In this document: positions 53,550 to 63,198 of the stretch, one piece after another
How positions within the stretch are numbered: the stretch's first letter is position 1
How the letters are laid out: every line of letters starts with the position of its first letter
Assembly (NCBI GenBank): GCA_963786955.1
Contig: CAWBAT010000005.1
Location: 896,001-960,000 of the forward strand
Source: an uncultured Acidimicrobiia bacterium
GTDB taxonomy: Bacteria > Acidobacteriota > Terriglobia > Versatilivoradales > Versatilivoraceae
Direction: 5' to 3'
DNA: 64,000 nucleotides
The notes under the pieces: generated by a model
What the model was told of the DNA's origin: nothing
Database searches by the model: none
Seen by the model: only the letters and a program-made list of their open reading frames with translations
Translations under genes and position numbers: made by a program

Positions 53550-54611
53550 TCAATCAACTTTTCCAGGGAGGAAACTATAATCCGTTACCGCCGATCCATC
53601 CCCCAGCAGGACCCCTCGCGCAAGAGTGGCGTGGCTCCCGACCTGACAGTCCTTTCCGAGGATACAACCCACGAGATGGGCACTTTCACCGATATTCGCA
53701 TTGGACCAGATCACACTGCTTTCGATGACAGTATCATCTCCAATCTGGCAGTTTTCGCCAAGGCAAGAGGAATAAATTCGAACTCTCTTCCCTAACTTGA
53801 CACTTTTTCCAATGATAGAGCCTTCATCGATGATTGAACCGTCGGAGGTTGAATTCCGGTGATGGTTTGCCCCCAATAAGCTCTCCCTTTCGAAGAGAGG
53901 CCGAAAACGACCCGCTAGAATGTCTTGATGAACCTGCATGTACTTTTGAGGCGTCCCGATATCGATCCAATAGCCGTTTGAAACGTAAGCGTAGACTGGT
54001 CGCTGTTCCTGTAGCAGCGCTGGAAACACTCCCCGCTCAAATGAAAATTTTTGTCCCGCGGGTATCCTTTGTAAGACTTCAGGCTCGAGGATATAAGTTC
54101 CCGCATTGATCGTATTACAGGTAATTTCATCTTTTCCAGGTTTCTCTAGAAATCGTGTGATCCTGCCATCCGGCTCTGTTTCGACAAGACCATAAGCCGA
54201 AGGGTTCTCCACTCGCGTCAGAACTAACGTGGCTGTGGCATTTCTAGAACGATGCCGTGCAATCACGTGGCTGAGGTCAAGATCACACAGGATATCTCCG
54301 TTCAAGACAACCGTTGCTTCTTGGAGCAACGATTCGGCATTCTTGAAAGCTCCCGCGGTTCCCAGCGGGGTCTGCTCAACCACATAATAAATCCGGCAGC
54401 CGTAGGCAGAACCATCGCCTAATACTTTCTCGATTTTGTCAGGCTGGTAGCCAAGGCTTAAGATAACTTCGCAAATCCCATGACGTCGGAGCAATTCAAT
54501 TTGATAGCAGAGGAATGGAATATTGCCGACCGGAACAACTGCCTTGGGGGTGCTTAATGTGAGGGGGCGTAATCGAGTGCCTTCACCGCCGGCCAATATA
54601 AGTGCCTTCAT
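53550..54611 (-). CDS. NDP-sugar synthase (mannose-1-phosphate guanylyltransferase-like) with left-handed beta-helix tail
   Basis: LAGGEGTRLRPLT..PK, EQTPLGTAG, NGDI, FLEKP, WIDIGTP, hexapeptide repeats. Confidence 0.9.
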   Translation of the reverse strand: MKALILAGGEGTRLRPLTLSTPKAVVPVGNIPFLCYQIELLRRHGICEVILSLGYQPDKIEKVLGDGSAYGCRIYYVVEQTPLGTAGAFKNAESLLQEATVVLNGDILCDLDLSHVIARHRSRNATATLVLTRVENPSAYGLVETEPDGRITRFLEKPGKDEITCNTINAGTYILEPEVLQRIPAGQKFSFERGVFPALLQEQRPVYAYVSNGYWIDIGTPQKYMQVHQDILAGRFRPLFERESLLGANHHRNSTSDGSIIDEGSIIGKSVKLGKRVRIYSSCLGENCQIGDDTVIESSVIWSNANIGESAHLVGCILGKDCQVGSHATLARGVLLGDGSAVTDYSFLPGKVD

Positions 54612-54919
54612 GCCGCAATTCCTACTAGAAACTTTGATAAGGCTTCTATAATCAATTCAATCTCCCTTGAAAGAGCCTGCACTTTAGCATTTTAAAGTAC
54701 GGAGTTCAAATTGAGTCGCACAACCGGCGCAACCCAGAAACTTCCCGCCGCAATAAAACTCATGGCGCTGAAAAATAATCGATCAAAATGCGCACCATCC
54801 CCTTCGAAATGAGAATGACACCGCTCTTAATCTTTTCAGTGTTTCTTTCGAATTTTGCGAGCTGCTGTGGTTAATAAACGACCTGGTACCACGGTTCTCG
54901 GCTGGCCAACCTATCCGTG

Positions 54920-54948
54920 TTGCTTCATGTAAAGGATTATAATAAACT
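54920..54948 (+). promoter_or_regulatory. Putative sigma-70 promoter of tRNA-His
   Basis: TTGCTT-N17-TAAACT with an overlapping TATAAT, about 55 nt before the tRNA. Confidence 0.45.
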
Positions 54949-55002
54949 GTCTTGCAGTATCGGTGGCTTTGGAGTTCGCCTTTGCCCCTTTCCTGCCCCT
55001 GT

Positions 55003-55079
55003 GGTGAGTGTAGCTCAGTCGGTAGAGCGCTGGATTGTGGCTCCAGTGGTCGTGGGTTCGATCCCCATCACTCACCCCA
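55003..55079 (+). tRNA. tRNA-His (GTG)
   Basis: Encoded G-1, acceptor GTGAGTG/CACTCAC, discriminator C, CCA; anticodon arm CTGGA-TTGTGGC-TCCAG. Confidence 0.97.
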
Positions 55080-55167
55080 ACTTTACTTTTCCATCTGAAT
55101 CATCTCGCTGCCCCAACTTTGCTTGAACCCCTTTGTGATTCCATGATTCCCTCTGAGCAGCGCTTCT

Positions 55168-56046
55168 TCAAGGGGTCTTCGAAGAACTTCCTAGGCCAGG
55201 TTCACGTTTGACTTGTTTCAACGAACCAGAGACTCTACCCAGTTTTATCTTCGCCTCAAACTTTATGGGCACCTTATAGGCATCGTCGGAAACCCATACA
55301 TAAAAGGTGCCATTCTCTTTGAATAATCCTCCAAAGACTAATTTGGCTTCGAGCTTTAGGGTCGCATTTTTGCGCCCCAGAACGTCCACGGGTTCGGCTT
55401 TCAGGACTTTGATCTGAATTTCCCTGATTCGTCCGTCATCGCCAATCGTGATTGGAAATTGAAGTTCCGGCTTCAGTTCCTGTAATCGCACGAAATAGAT
55501 GGCTGAGAGGATATCTTGAACACAGTCCGGCACATCATTTAGTTCTTCATTTTTTAATTGAACTTTCGGGCTCTTACTCACGTCAAACGCTTCATAGTGG
55601 CCTTTCCGGTTCCGACTGTCGAAGGTGAGGAAAACGTCCCGTTGTCTCTTCCCTTCACGTAGTTTCTTGGTCATCTGAAGCGAGCAAAATTTCTCTATAT
55701 CAACGACTGACTCAAATGAATCATTCACTGAGATCCCCGTTAAACTCGGAAAAAACCCAGAAGAGAGGGCTGTGGCCGTAAAGCGCTGAGTCGGCATTTC
55801 ACCGTGCACAACGGGTTCGTCGGAGTGGAAAGTGATATCTCCAGCTGTTATCGAAGGGAAGAAAAACATCCAAGGTGGGGGTTCCCACTGGACTTCGTAA
55901 AAGAGTGTTTCCCCAGAGAGGGAACCCTTTTTGAAGTCTTGGACACGACTTTCTACCGGAGATGCAAGGATACTAACGGCAAGCAGCAGGGAGAGCAGGA
56001 TGCAAAGCCCACGATTCGAGAACTGCGGTAACCTAAAGGCACCCAC
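55168..56046 (-). CDS. DUF3108-like secreted beta-rich protein (start uncertain)
   Basis: Signal-like LCILLSLLLAVSILA, GETLFYEVQW, QDILSAIYFVR, VWVSDDAYKVPIK. Confidence 0.72.
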   Translation of the reverse strand: MGAFRLPQFSNRGLCILLSLLLAVSILASPVESRVQDFKKGSLSGETLFYEVQWEPPPWMFFFPSITAGDITFHSDEPVVHGEMPTQRFTATALSSGFFPSLTGISVNDSFESVVDIEKFCSLQMTKKLREGKRQRDVFLTFDSRNRKGHYEAFDVSKSPKVQLKNEELNDVPDCVQDILSAIYFVRLQELKPELQFPITIGDDGRIREIQIKVLKAEPVDVLGRKNATLKLEAKLVFGGLFKENGTFYVWVSDDAYKVPIKFEAKIKLGRVSGSLKQVKREPGLGSSSKTP

Positions 56047-56098
56047 TCCTTCACCCCCAACCTCTGAAGGCGTGAAATAATCATCCGATTGGAACTTC

Positions 56099-56866
56099 CT
56101 AAAGGGTCTTGAGGAATTCCAGAACACGCTCTTGAAACGCCTGAGGCTGTTCTAGATTGACCAAATGACCACATGCGGTGAAGACCTCCTGCTCAGCCTT
56201 CTTCACTTGTTGTTTCATTTCAATCGATCGTGCTTCCGGAATCAAAGCATCTTCAGAGCCCGCCAAAATCAACGTGGGAATCTGGATCATTTGCAACACA
56301 GGAGTCGAATCACGACGCGCGGCCAGGCCTAGGCAAGCTTTTGCAATCCCTTCGGGAGAGTTCGAGGCGATTAACTCTCGAACCCTTTGGGTCACTTCTG
56401 GCTTTGTAGCCAGGGTCGTTGCACCCAGGAGTTTAGGAAGCAGCCGCTCGGACAAAGCCTGCGACCCTTCCTGGAGGACGAATTCCGCGGTTTCCTGCCT
56501 CCCTTTCGCAGCCGCTTCCGTATCCGGTAGAGGATGCGTGGCCGCTAGAACCAGACCGGAAATCTTTTCGGGAAATTGTCGGATAATTTCAAAGGCGATA
56601 TACCCGCCCATTGAAAGCCCGACCAGGACTATCTTCTCTTTGACACTTCGATTCCGAAGAAACTGGCTGACTTCACGGGCACAACCCTCCATCGTAAAGT
56701 TAGCTGCCGTAGAGCGTGAATCCCCGAAACCTGGCAGGTCTGGAGCCAGAATTCTGAATCGGGAACTCCAGGCCGCGACTGTTTCGTCCCACATCCGACG
56801 GCTTAAAGGGAAGGCATGCAGCAGGACAACGGGTTGTCCTGTGCCTTGGTCAGTAAACGCAAGCAT
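56099..56866 (-). CDS. Alpha/beta-fold hydrolase
   Basis: VLLHAFP, PDLPGFG, nucleophile elbow GLSMGG, GSED, GHLVNLE. Confidence 0.9.
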   Translation of the reverse strand: MLAFTDQGTGQPVVLLHAFPLSRRMWDETVAAWSSRFRILAPDLPGFGDSRSTAANFTMEGCAREVSQFLRNRSVKEKIVLVGLSMGGYIAFEIIRQFPEKISGLVLAATHPLPDTEAAAKGRQETAEFVLQEGSQALSERLLPKLLGATTLATKPEVTQRVRELIASNSPEGIAKACLGLAARRDSTPVLQMIQIPTLILAGSEDALIPEARSIEMKQQVKKAEQEVFTACGHLVNLEQPQAFQERVLEFLKTL

Positions 56867-56915
56867 AGAAGAATCAAATGGTGAATCTAATCAGACAGAG
56901 GGCAGTTCAAAACAA

Positions 56916-58166
56916 TCAACCAACTTTGCCGGCAGATTCAACCCCGGTCCGTCGTGCATAACGTGCGGCCACGTAGTCCTCTAGGAGGCGAATGAACTCA
57001 GCCACAAGAGTCGAGCCTTTCAGGGTCGTCAGAAGACGTCCATCAACAAACACTGGGGCTTTAGGATCCTCTCCAGTACCCGGGAGGGAGATGCCGATAT
57101 TGGCATGCTTAGATTCTCCGGGGCCGTTGACCACACATCCCATTACGGCCACTTTCAATTCCTCGACGCCTCGATAGTGTTCTTTCCAAGTAGGCATTTG
57201 AGTGCGGAGATAGGTCTGAATCTGGTCGGCCATTTCCTGGAAGAATGTACTCGTCGTACGGCCACATCCTGGGCAAGCAGTCACTTGAGGAACAAAACTG
57301 CGAATGCCCATCGACTGCAGGATTTGTTGAGACACACGTACTTCCTCACAGCGATCTCCATTAGGTAAGGGAGTCAAAGAGACCCGTATCGTGTCTCCAA
57401 TGCCCTCCTGCAGCAGCACAGCCAGCCCCGCGGTGCTGGCCACAACGCCCTTGGCGCCCATGCCTGCCTCCGTTAACCCCAAATGCAAAGGGTAATCACA
57501 TCTGTTCGCCAGCAGGCGATAGACATCAATTAGGTCTTGCACTCCGGAAACCTTGGCGCTCAGGACAATCCGCTCGCGGTTCAAACCGCATTCCTCGGCT
57601 TGCTCGGCCGATTCCAGGGCACTTCGTACAATCGCCTCGAGGGTCACTTCACGTGCTTCTCGAGGCTCCGGAAGCGCCGCATTTTCATCCATGAGTCGGG
57701 ATAAGAGCACCTGGTCAAGCGAGCCCCAGTTCACCCCGATGCGAACCGGTTTGCCATTTTCCCGGGCAACCTGGATCATGCGCTGAAAATTCTCATCGTG
57801 GTGGCGACCTGCGCCGACATTCCCTGGGTTAATCCGGTACTTCGCCAACGCTCGAGCGCATTTCGAATATTCAGTCAACAGGATATGGCCGTTATAGTGG
57901 AAGTCGCCGATGATCGGAACCTCCACTCCCTGGTCCTTTAACTGCTCGACAATCTCCGGCACAGCCGCAGCAGCCTCGTGGGTATTGACTGTCACGCGAA
58001 CAAGCTCTGAACCGGCCCTGGCCAAGTCTGTAACCTGCTGAACCGTTGCGCGAATGTTGGCTGTATCGGTGTTGGTCATGGACTGAACTGCAATGGGATG
58101 CGCACTCCCGACTGCCACATTCCCAACTTGAGTCACAATCGTTCGCCGCCGCTTGATCTCCGCCAT
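56916..58166 (-). CDS. ispG: (E)-4-hydroxy-3-methylbut-2-enyl-diphosphate synthase
   Basis: [56 protein letters not shown]. Confidence 0.97.
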   Translation of the reverse strand: MAEIKRRRTIVTQVGNVAVGSAHPIAVQSMTNTDTANIRATVQQVTDLARAGSELVRVTVNTHEAAAAVPEIVEQLKDQGVEVPIIGDFHYNGHILLTEYSKCARALAKYRINPGNVGAGRHHDENFQRMIQVARENGKPVRIGVNWGSLDQVLLSRLMDENAALPEPREAREVTLEAIVRSALESAEQAEECGLNRERIVLSAKVSGVQDLIDVYRLLANRCDYPLHLGLTEAGMGAKGVVASTAGLAVLLQEGIGDTIRVSLTPLPNGDRCEEVRVSQQILQSMGIRSFVPQVTACPGCGRTTSTFFQEMADQIQTYLRTQMPTWKEHYRGVEELKVAVMGCVVNGPGESKHANIGISLPGTGEDPKAPVFVDGRLLTTLKGSTLVAEFIRLLEDYVAARYARRTGVESAGKVG

Positions 58167-58290
58167 AGCCTTAAATACCCTATCCTCTCATCTAACCAAT
58201 ATACTCAGCTTAAAGACAGAAGTGGGTACGGTCAAGTTGGAATGATGCCCTGGGATTTAGCACGCGGGAAGCGCTTTGTTAAAAGGGACA

Positions 58291-58319
58291 TTGACTTGAT
58301 TTAACCCCTTGTTCACACT
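58291..58319 (+). promoter_or_regulatory. Putative promoter of the parA-RHH pair
   Basis: TTGACT-N17-CACACT upstream of the repeat block and the parA ATG. Confidence 0.4.
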
Positions 58320-58335
58320 AAGTTGTATTTCTATT

Positions 58336-58359
58336 GAATTATAGAATTCTGTAATTATA
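58336..58359. repeat. Three tandem 8-bp units containing a 20-bp near-palindrome (candidate operator/centromere-like site)
   Basis: GAATTATA GAATTCTG TAATTATA. AATTATAGAATTCTGTAATT (58337-58356) is palindromic with one mismatch. Confidence 0.55.
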
Positions 58360-58381
58360 AGCAGGCCGACCGCATGGCGAC

Positions 58382-59143
58382 ATGATTACTTCTGTTATCT
58401 CTATGAAAGGCGGCACCGCTAAAACGACAACAGCCGTCAATTTGGCAGCCTATTTGGCTCTGGGTGGATTGCGCATCTTGTTGATCGACCTTGACCCGCA
58501 AAACTTTGCGACGATCTCCACTGGATTGGAATGGCGGGAGGCAAAGGCCACCATTGCTACGGCATTCCTAGAGGATGGCCAACTTGCAGACGCCATTCTT
58601 CCAGGGAAGGTCCCGAATCTTGACATTATTCCGGGTGACCGACGGCTGGCGAGTACCGATGTGATGTTGGCTGATACCAAAGGAAGAGAAAGGATTCTCA
58701 AGGACAAGATCGAGAAATTGCGGCACCGTTACGATCATATTCTAATCGATAACCCCCCTTCCCTCAGCCTCCTCACCATCAACGCTTTGATGGCTTCTGA
58801 CTACTATGTCATCACGGTCTCCCCTTCATTCCTTTCTCTGGTCGGTCTGCAGTCATTGCTGGAAACTGTGGATATGGTCAAGAAAAATATGCATGCCACG
58901 GTTGAACTATTGGGAATTCTTCCCACCATGGTTGATTTTCGAATGAAAGTCACAACTGAAGTCATCGATCTATTGCGCGATCATTTCAAGGAAAAAGTCT
59001 TCAAGAATGTCATTCGGCAAAATGTGAAGTTGCTGGAAGCACCGGCGCATGGCAAAACCATTTTTGAGTATGACAGTGGAAGCATGGGAGCGATGTGTTA
59101 TATGTATTTTGGCAAGGAATTCCTCTCGCGATGTCGAAGTTAA
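58382..59143 (+). CDS. parA: ParA/Soj-family ATPase
   Basis: Deviant Walker A KGGTAKTTT, LIDLDPQ, IDNPPSL, IRQNVKLLEAPAHG. No N-terminal HTH. Confidence 0.9.
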   Translation: MITSVISMKGGTAKTTTAVNLAAYLALGGLRILLIDLDPQNFATISTGLEWREAKATIATAFLEDGQLADAILPGKVPNLDIIPGDRRLASTDVMLADTKGRERILKDKIEKLRHRYDHILIDNPPSLSLLTINALMASDYYVITVSPSFLSLVGLQSLLETVDMVKKNMHATVELLGILPTMVDFRMKVTTEVIDLLRDHFKEKVFKNVIRQNVKLLEAPAHGKTIFEYDSGSMGAMCYMYFGKEFLSRCRS

Positions 59144-59442
59144 CCAAAATAGATCTCTTTTCCCCTTCGGATCCAAGGCCTGTCGACCCCGCTCTGGTTT
59201 CTCATCCTGCATCAAGCACCGACGTTGAAAAGGTCATGGTGATGTTGTCTCCTCGCCAAGTGAATTCCCTCGACCGAATCTGCCTGGAGATTCGAAAAAT
59301 AACCGGAGTCAAAATGAAACGCTCAATGCTGATTCGATCGCTAATCGACGGATTCCTCCAATCGCCGGTTCACTTCGATGAGGCAAGATCTTCGTCCGAC
59401 ATTCAACGCTTGATCAACCACTTATTTCACCGCCAGGACTAA
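59131..59442 (+). CDS. Small ParA partner, predicted ribbon-helix-helix DNA-binding protein (103 aa)
   Basis: ATG 59131 with AAGGA SD overlaps the parA end. Disordered N-tail, then strand EKVMVMLS, helix PRQVNSLDRICLEIRK and helix KRSMLIRSLIDGFL. Confidence 0.65.
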   Translation: MSKLTKIDLFSPSDPRPVDPALVSHPASSTDVEKVMVMLSPRQVNSLDRICLEIRKITGVKMKRSMLIRSLIDGFLQSPVHFDEARSSSDIQRLINHLFHRQD

Positions 59443-59618
59443 CGCTGCGGCATAAGCCCCCCTGCGGGCCGCTACCCTCCAGGATGATCGGCGCCGACAG
59501 TTCTGAGGAAGACAAGAAGCCGGCTACCCAACGGATCGCTGATCTTGGCCTTCGCGTGAACCAGTTTCCGATAGATTTACTCCCGAGGATCATGTTATAA
59601 ACTCAGGTTCTCCCACTC

Positions 59619-59712
<94 letters not shown>

Positions 59713-59877
59713 GATCAATGGCTATTCCTATCGGACCCACTCCCATAGTTATAGTTAAATCTGTAGGAATTCCGCAGGCTAAACCCAAAAAATCCCTGAT
59801 TTTTCTGCCCCAAAAACCGATAAGTTAGACAGGCCTGCAAAAGGGACAAGTGTGCATATTCCTTTCCGGAGGCTTAT

Positions 59878-60363
59878 ATGAAAAAACGAGATCCGTTGGA
59901 GGTGTTTATGAGTCCGTGCAATCATTCAACAAAGGGACCGCATTTGATGGCCCTGCTGGTCGTTTTGAGTCTCGGTATGTCTTTCACCGTCAATACCGCA
60001 ATCGCCATGTCGCCTTCCCCAGACAAGAAGAATCACCATGATCATGATGAGGTCTATGTTCAAGTGGTGTTTGGGGAAAGGGACAGGAGAATCATTCACG
60101 AGTATTGCGCACAGCCTCATTCAAACCTTCCCCCAGGATTGGCCAAGCGGAATGGAAAACTTCCTCCAGGTCTGGAAAAACAGTTACGGCGCAACGGACA
60201 ACTACCTCCCGGACTACAAAAGAAATGTATGCCGTTCCCTATTGAGCTGGAAAGACGTCTTCCCCCATTGCCGCGTAATTATGCGCGTGTTTTTGTAGAA
60301 GGACGCGGGTTTATTGTCGATGCCCAATTCAATATCATCGATATCATTGAAGTGTTCAAATAA
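59878..60363 (+). CDS. Secreted hypothetical protein with three LPPGLxK repeats (RcnB/CigR-like)
   Basis: GGAGG SD, hydrophobic leader, His-rich KKNHHDHDE, LPPGLAK/LPPGLEK/LPPGLQK. Confidence 0.7.
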   Translation: MKKRDPLEVFMSPCNHSTKGPHLMALLVVLSLGMSFTVNTAIAMSPSPDKKNHHDHDEVYVQVVFGERDRRIIHEYCAQPHSNLPPGLAKRNGKLPPGLEKQLRRNGQLPPGLQKKCMPFPIELERRLPPLPRNYARVFVEGRGFIVDAQFNIIDIIEVFK

Positions 60364-60811
60364 GCTGAAATAGACCGAAAGAAACGAACCGCCAAGAGAT
60401 GCAGTAAAGACTGCCTAAGCCAGCTGATTTGACTCCGCCGTCTCCCAACCATTTGCTTGTGGTAGGAAATCAAATACTCTAATCATTTTGAGACAATTCG
60501 AACTATGGCTTTGCTGCTTCATCGCGAGTCAAAAATGGGATGTTTCCTTTCTCAAGTACTCAGCTGTCTTTACGTTCTTGGCATTTCACTTTTGCAGTTC
60601 CAATTCTTCTTAGCTTCGAGAACTATGGATTCTTAGCGTTTCCAGCCTGCTTCTCTAAAAATTAAGTTCCTGACTCAATCCATCATCTCCGCTATGTATT
60701 CTTGCCCCTTGAGCGGCCAAAATTCCTGGTTTCCTAAAAAATGGGTTAGAAGCATAATGAGTCTATGAATTGGTTAGGAAATTTTTGCGAAAAGCTATGA
60801 GGAGCTAATTG

Positions 60812-61780
60812 ATGGGAACCATTCGAGTGGCATTCTTGGGGGCTGGAGATGTATCGACCTTGCATGCAGAAGGCGTTAAGCAATGCCAGGATGCAAAGCT
60901 TGTTGGCTTGTGGACCCGAACCCCAGCCCGGGCCGCAGAGAGAGCAGCACAATTCGGCTGTAAGACGTATCCTTCCGCTGAAGCTCTGGTCAGTGATCCG
61001 GAAGTCGATGTGGTCAGCGTATTGACGAATCTCGAGACTCATCTTCAGTATGTGTTATTGGCAATCGATGCCGGCAAACATGTCCTCGTGGAAAAACCGG
61101 CTGGCAATAGTGTCGATGAAATTCAGCGAATGAAGGCGGCGGCAGACAAAGCCGGAGTTCTCTGCGTTCCCGTCCATAACTACATTCACGAACCGAGTAT
61201 CCATCGAGCGCGCAATCTGCTGGAGCAGGGGAAACTGGGAGACCTTGTTTCCCTGTATATCCTCTACAACATTCACCATCCGGAAAAAGTGACCGCCCGA
61301 TATCCCGGTGTAATTCGCCAGATTTTGACGCATCATGCCTACGTCACGCTGTACCTGGCTGGCGAGCCCAAGTCTCTTTCGGCCTTCAAGTCGACATTGA
61401 ATGACGGCACGGTTCCCCAAGAAAATCTGGCCATGGTGAACATGAAAATGAAGTCAGGAGCCCTAGCTCATCTGTGTGCCAGCTTTGCTGCCGATGATCA
61501 CAGCGGGGATCCCTGGACGTTCCTCATTAAAGTGATTGGCACCAAAGGGGCGACTCGTTTCAGTTACCGAGATTGGGTTGAGAACAAGCCGGCGGTGGTC
61601 CATTCTCAAACCTATTCAGCCTACCCCTACAGTATCCGTAACACCGTGACCCATTTTATGGACCGCTGCATCCGCCATGGAGACGCACCGTTATCGAGCA
61701 TCGGCGATGCGATTACCTGCCAACGCGTCATTGAAGCCTGCGAGCTTTCGGTGGCGGAAGAACGTCACATTCATTTGTAG
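60812..61780 (+). CDS. Gfo/Idh/MocA family oxidoreductase (cytoplasmic)
   Basis: AFLGAG, DPEVDVV, AGKHVLVEKP; GAGGAG SD. Confidence 0.88.
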   Translation: MGTIRVAFLGAGDVSTLHAEGVKQCQDAKLVGLWTRTPARAAERAAQFGCKTYPSAEALVSDPEVDVVSVLTNLETHLQYVLLAIDAGKHVLVEKPAGNSVDEIQRMKAAADKAGVLCVPVHNYIHEPSIHRARNLLEQGKLGDLVSLYILYNIHHPEKVTARYPGVIRQILTHHAYVTLYLAGEPKSLSAFKSTLNDGTVPQENLAMVNMKMKSGALAHLCASFAADDHSGDPWTFLIKVIGTKGATRFSYRDWVENKPAVVHSQTYSAYPYSIRNTVTHFMDRCIRHGDAPLSSIGDAITCQRVIEACELSVAEERHIHL

Positions 61781-62040
61781 ATAGTGAGTCGTATCTTGGC
61801 TGCGCTCGACAGCCATCTGAAAGGCGATCCATGCTGTTAGTTCGTAGCTAATCGGTGCCTTTAAGGCTCTCGGCCCTTTGACATCCCCTGGATTTGCAGA
61901 ACATGATGATTTCTAAGTGTCTTGTTCAATGAGTGCTAGGATAGGATTGGTTGGTGTACGGGACCATGTCTTTGCTAAGTGAATTCCTAAGCGGACAAAG
62001 GCGTCTAGGCTGGTTAGGTCAATAAAATACCCTTCATTCC

Positions 62041-62190
62041 ATGACCGAAAAACAAAAGCAACTCTTAAAAAAAATCAGCAAAATTGCGGCCTATACAGCA
62101 ATGACCGGCGGTGCCTACTTCCTCGCTAAGGGCGCTTTAAGCCTCCTATTCAAGCAATTGGAGACAAAGATTGAAACACAGCCGGAGTAA
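62041..62190 (+). CDS. Candidate 49-aa small protein (below the ORF-track cutoff)
   Basis: MTEKQKQLLKKISKIAAYTAMTGGAYFLAKGALSLLFKQLETKIETQPE*: basic N-terminus and a hydrophobic core. No SD. Confidence 0.45.
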   Translation: MTEKQKQLLKKISKIAAYTAMTGGAYFLAKGALSLLFKQLETKIETQPE

Positions 62191-62454
62191 TTGCCGAATG
62201 AGAAAGCAGAATCTGCCTTTATGCAAACTCCTAATATCATCAAGGCCACGGAAATACGCTCCGCCAACCCATAGCAAACATCAAAGATCACTCCCAGCAG
62301 ACTTTCCCCTAAACAATAAATCTGCCCCGCAGGTCTCTATCCCGTCGCATATTCTTCTGTATTCAGGAGAAGGGATCCTTCGAATAGGAGATTAAACGAA
62401 TCTGCGTTCGCGGGTATCATTTTTTGAGTCATAGTGTAATTGTGAAAAGGAGCT

Positions 62455-62991
62455 ATGACTTTGGCCGAATTCGAAATCCATCAAGAAAAAGAGCACAGAC
62501 TTGATCCGACAGGACAAAGAATCGGGATTCTCGCAGCGGTATTAGCTGTGTTCCTTGCAATGGTGACCATTACTTCCCACCGCACCCATACCGATGCCAT
62601 TGTGCTGAAGACCGAAGCCAATGATCAGTGGCAGCATTACCAGTCGCAGCGTATCAAGTATCACAATCTGGAACTGGGCGAGGATTTGATCATGCTCCTG
62701 GCTGCGAAAAATGATGCTGTCGAGAAGGCTCTCCAGAAATATCAGACGGAAAAGGAACGCTACAAGAACGAAGGAGAAAAGATTCGGGAAGAAGCGAAGG
62801 AAAAGGAGCAGGAAGCGCGCCATGCTGAACGGAAAGCTCTTCGCTTCGACTTTGGGGAAGGTCTGCTCGAAATCGGGCTTGTCCTTACATCGCTTTATTT
62901 CATTTCGCGGAAGAAGTTTTTCCCATGGTTCGGCCTCGTGGCCGGGATTGCCGGCATCTTGATTGCAGTCACCGGTCTGTGGGTTTCCTGA
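62455..62991 (+). CDS. DUF4337-like membrane protein
   Basis: TM, ANDQWQHYQSQRIK, coiled coil, FDFGEGLLEIGLVLTS, second TM; AAGGAG SD. Confidence 0.8.
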   Translation: MTLAEFEIHQEKEHRLDPTGQRIGILAAVLAVFLAMVTITSHRTHTDAIVLKTEANDQWQHYQSQRIKYHNLELGEDLIMLLAAKNDAVEKALQKYQTEKERYKNEGEKIREEAKEKEQEARHAERKALRFDFGEGLLEIGLVLTSLYFISRKKFFPWFGLVAGIAGILIAVTGLWVS

Positions 62992-63198
62992 AGAAGCCCC
63001 GATCCAAGGGGGGTAGGATTCGACGATCTCACAGAAATGCAGTTGTTCACAACCGGGCTTGCCCGCTCCCGCCGGCCTTTTCCCCCTCTAGCCATCTCTC
63101 AGAAGTTCTAGAAGAACTGAATGGTTAACCGGCATGTCGTTCGTAACGGGGTCGAGCCCCGTGGGCCGTACCAGTCGGTGAAGAATTAATAGAGGGAG

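Noticed and set aside
56178-56984. Long antisense ORFs (268 aa here; also 26985-27638, 41452-42033, 46860-47375)
   Set aside because: They are shadows of well-supported genes on the opposite strand, with no motifs or SD.
60578-60597. TGGCA...TTGCA as a sigma-54 promoter
   Set aside because: The GG-to-GC spacing is 12 nt rather than the required 10.
63005-63085. GGGGGGTAGGATTCGACG and CTCCCGCCGGCCT resemble tmRNA or tRNA ends
   Set aside because: The spacing is far too short, and there is no T-arm, CCA or tag ORF.
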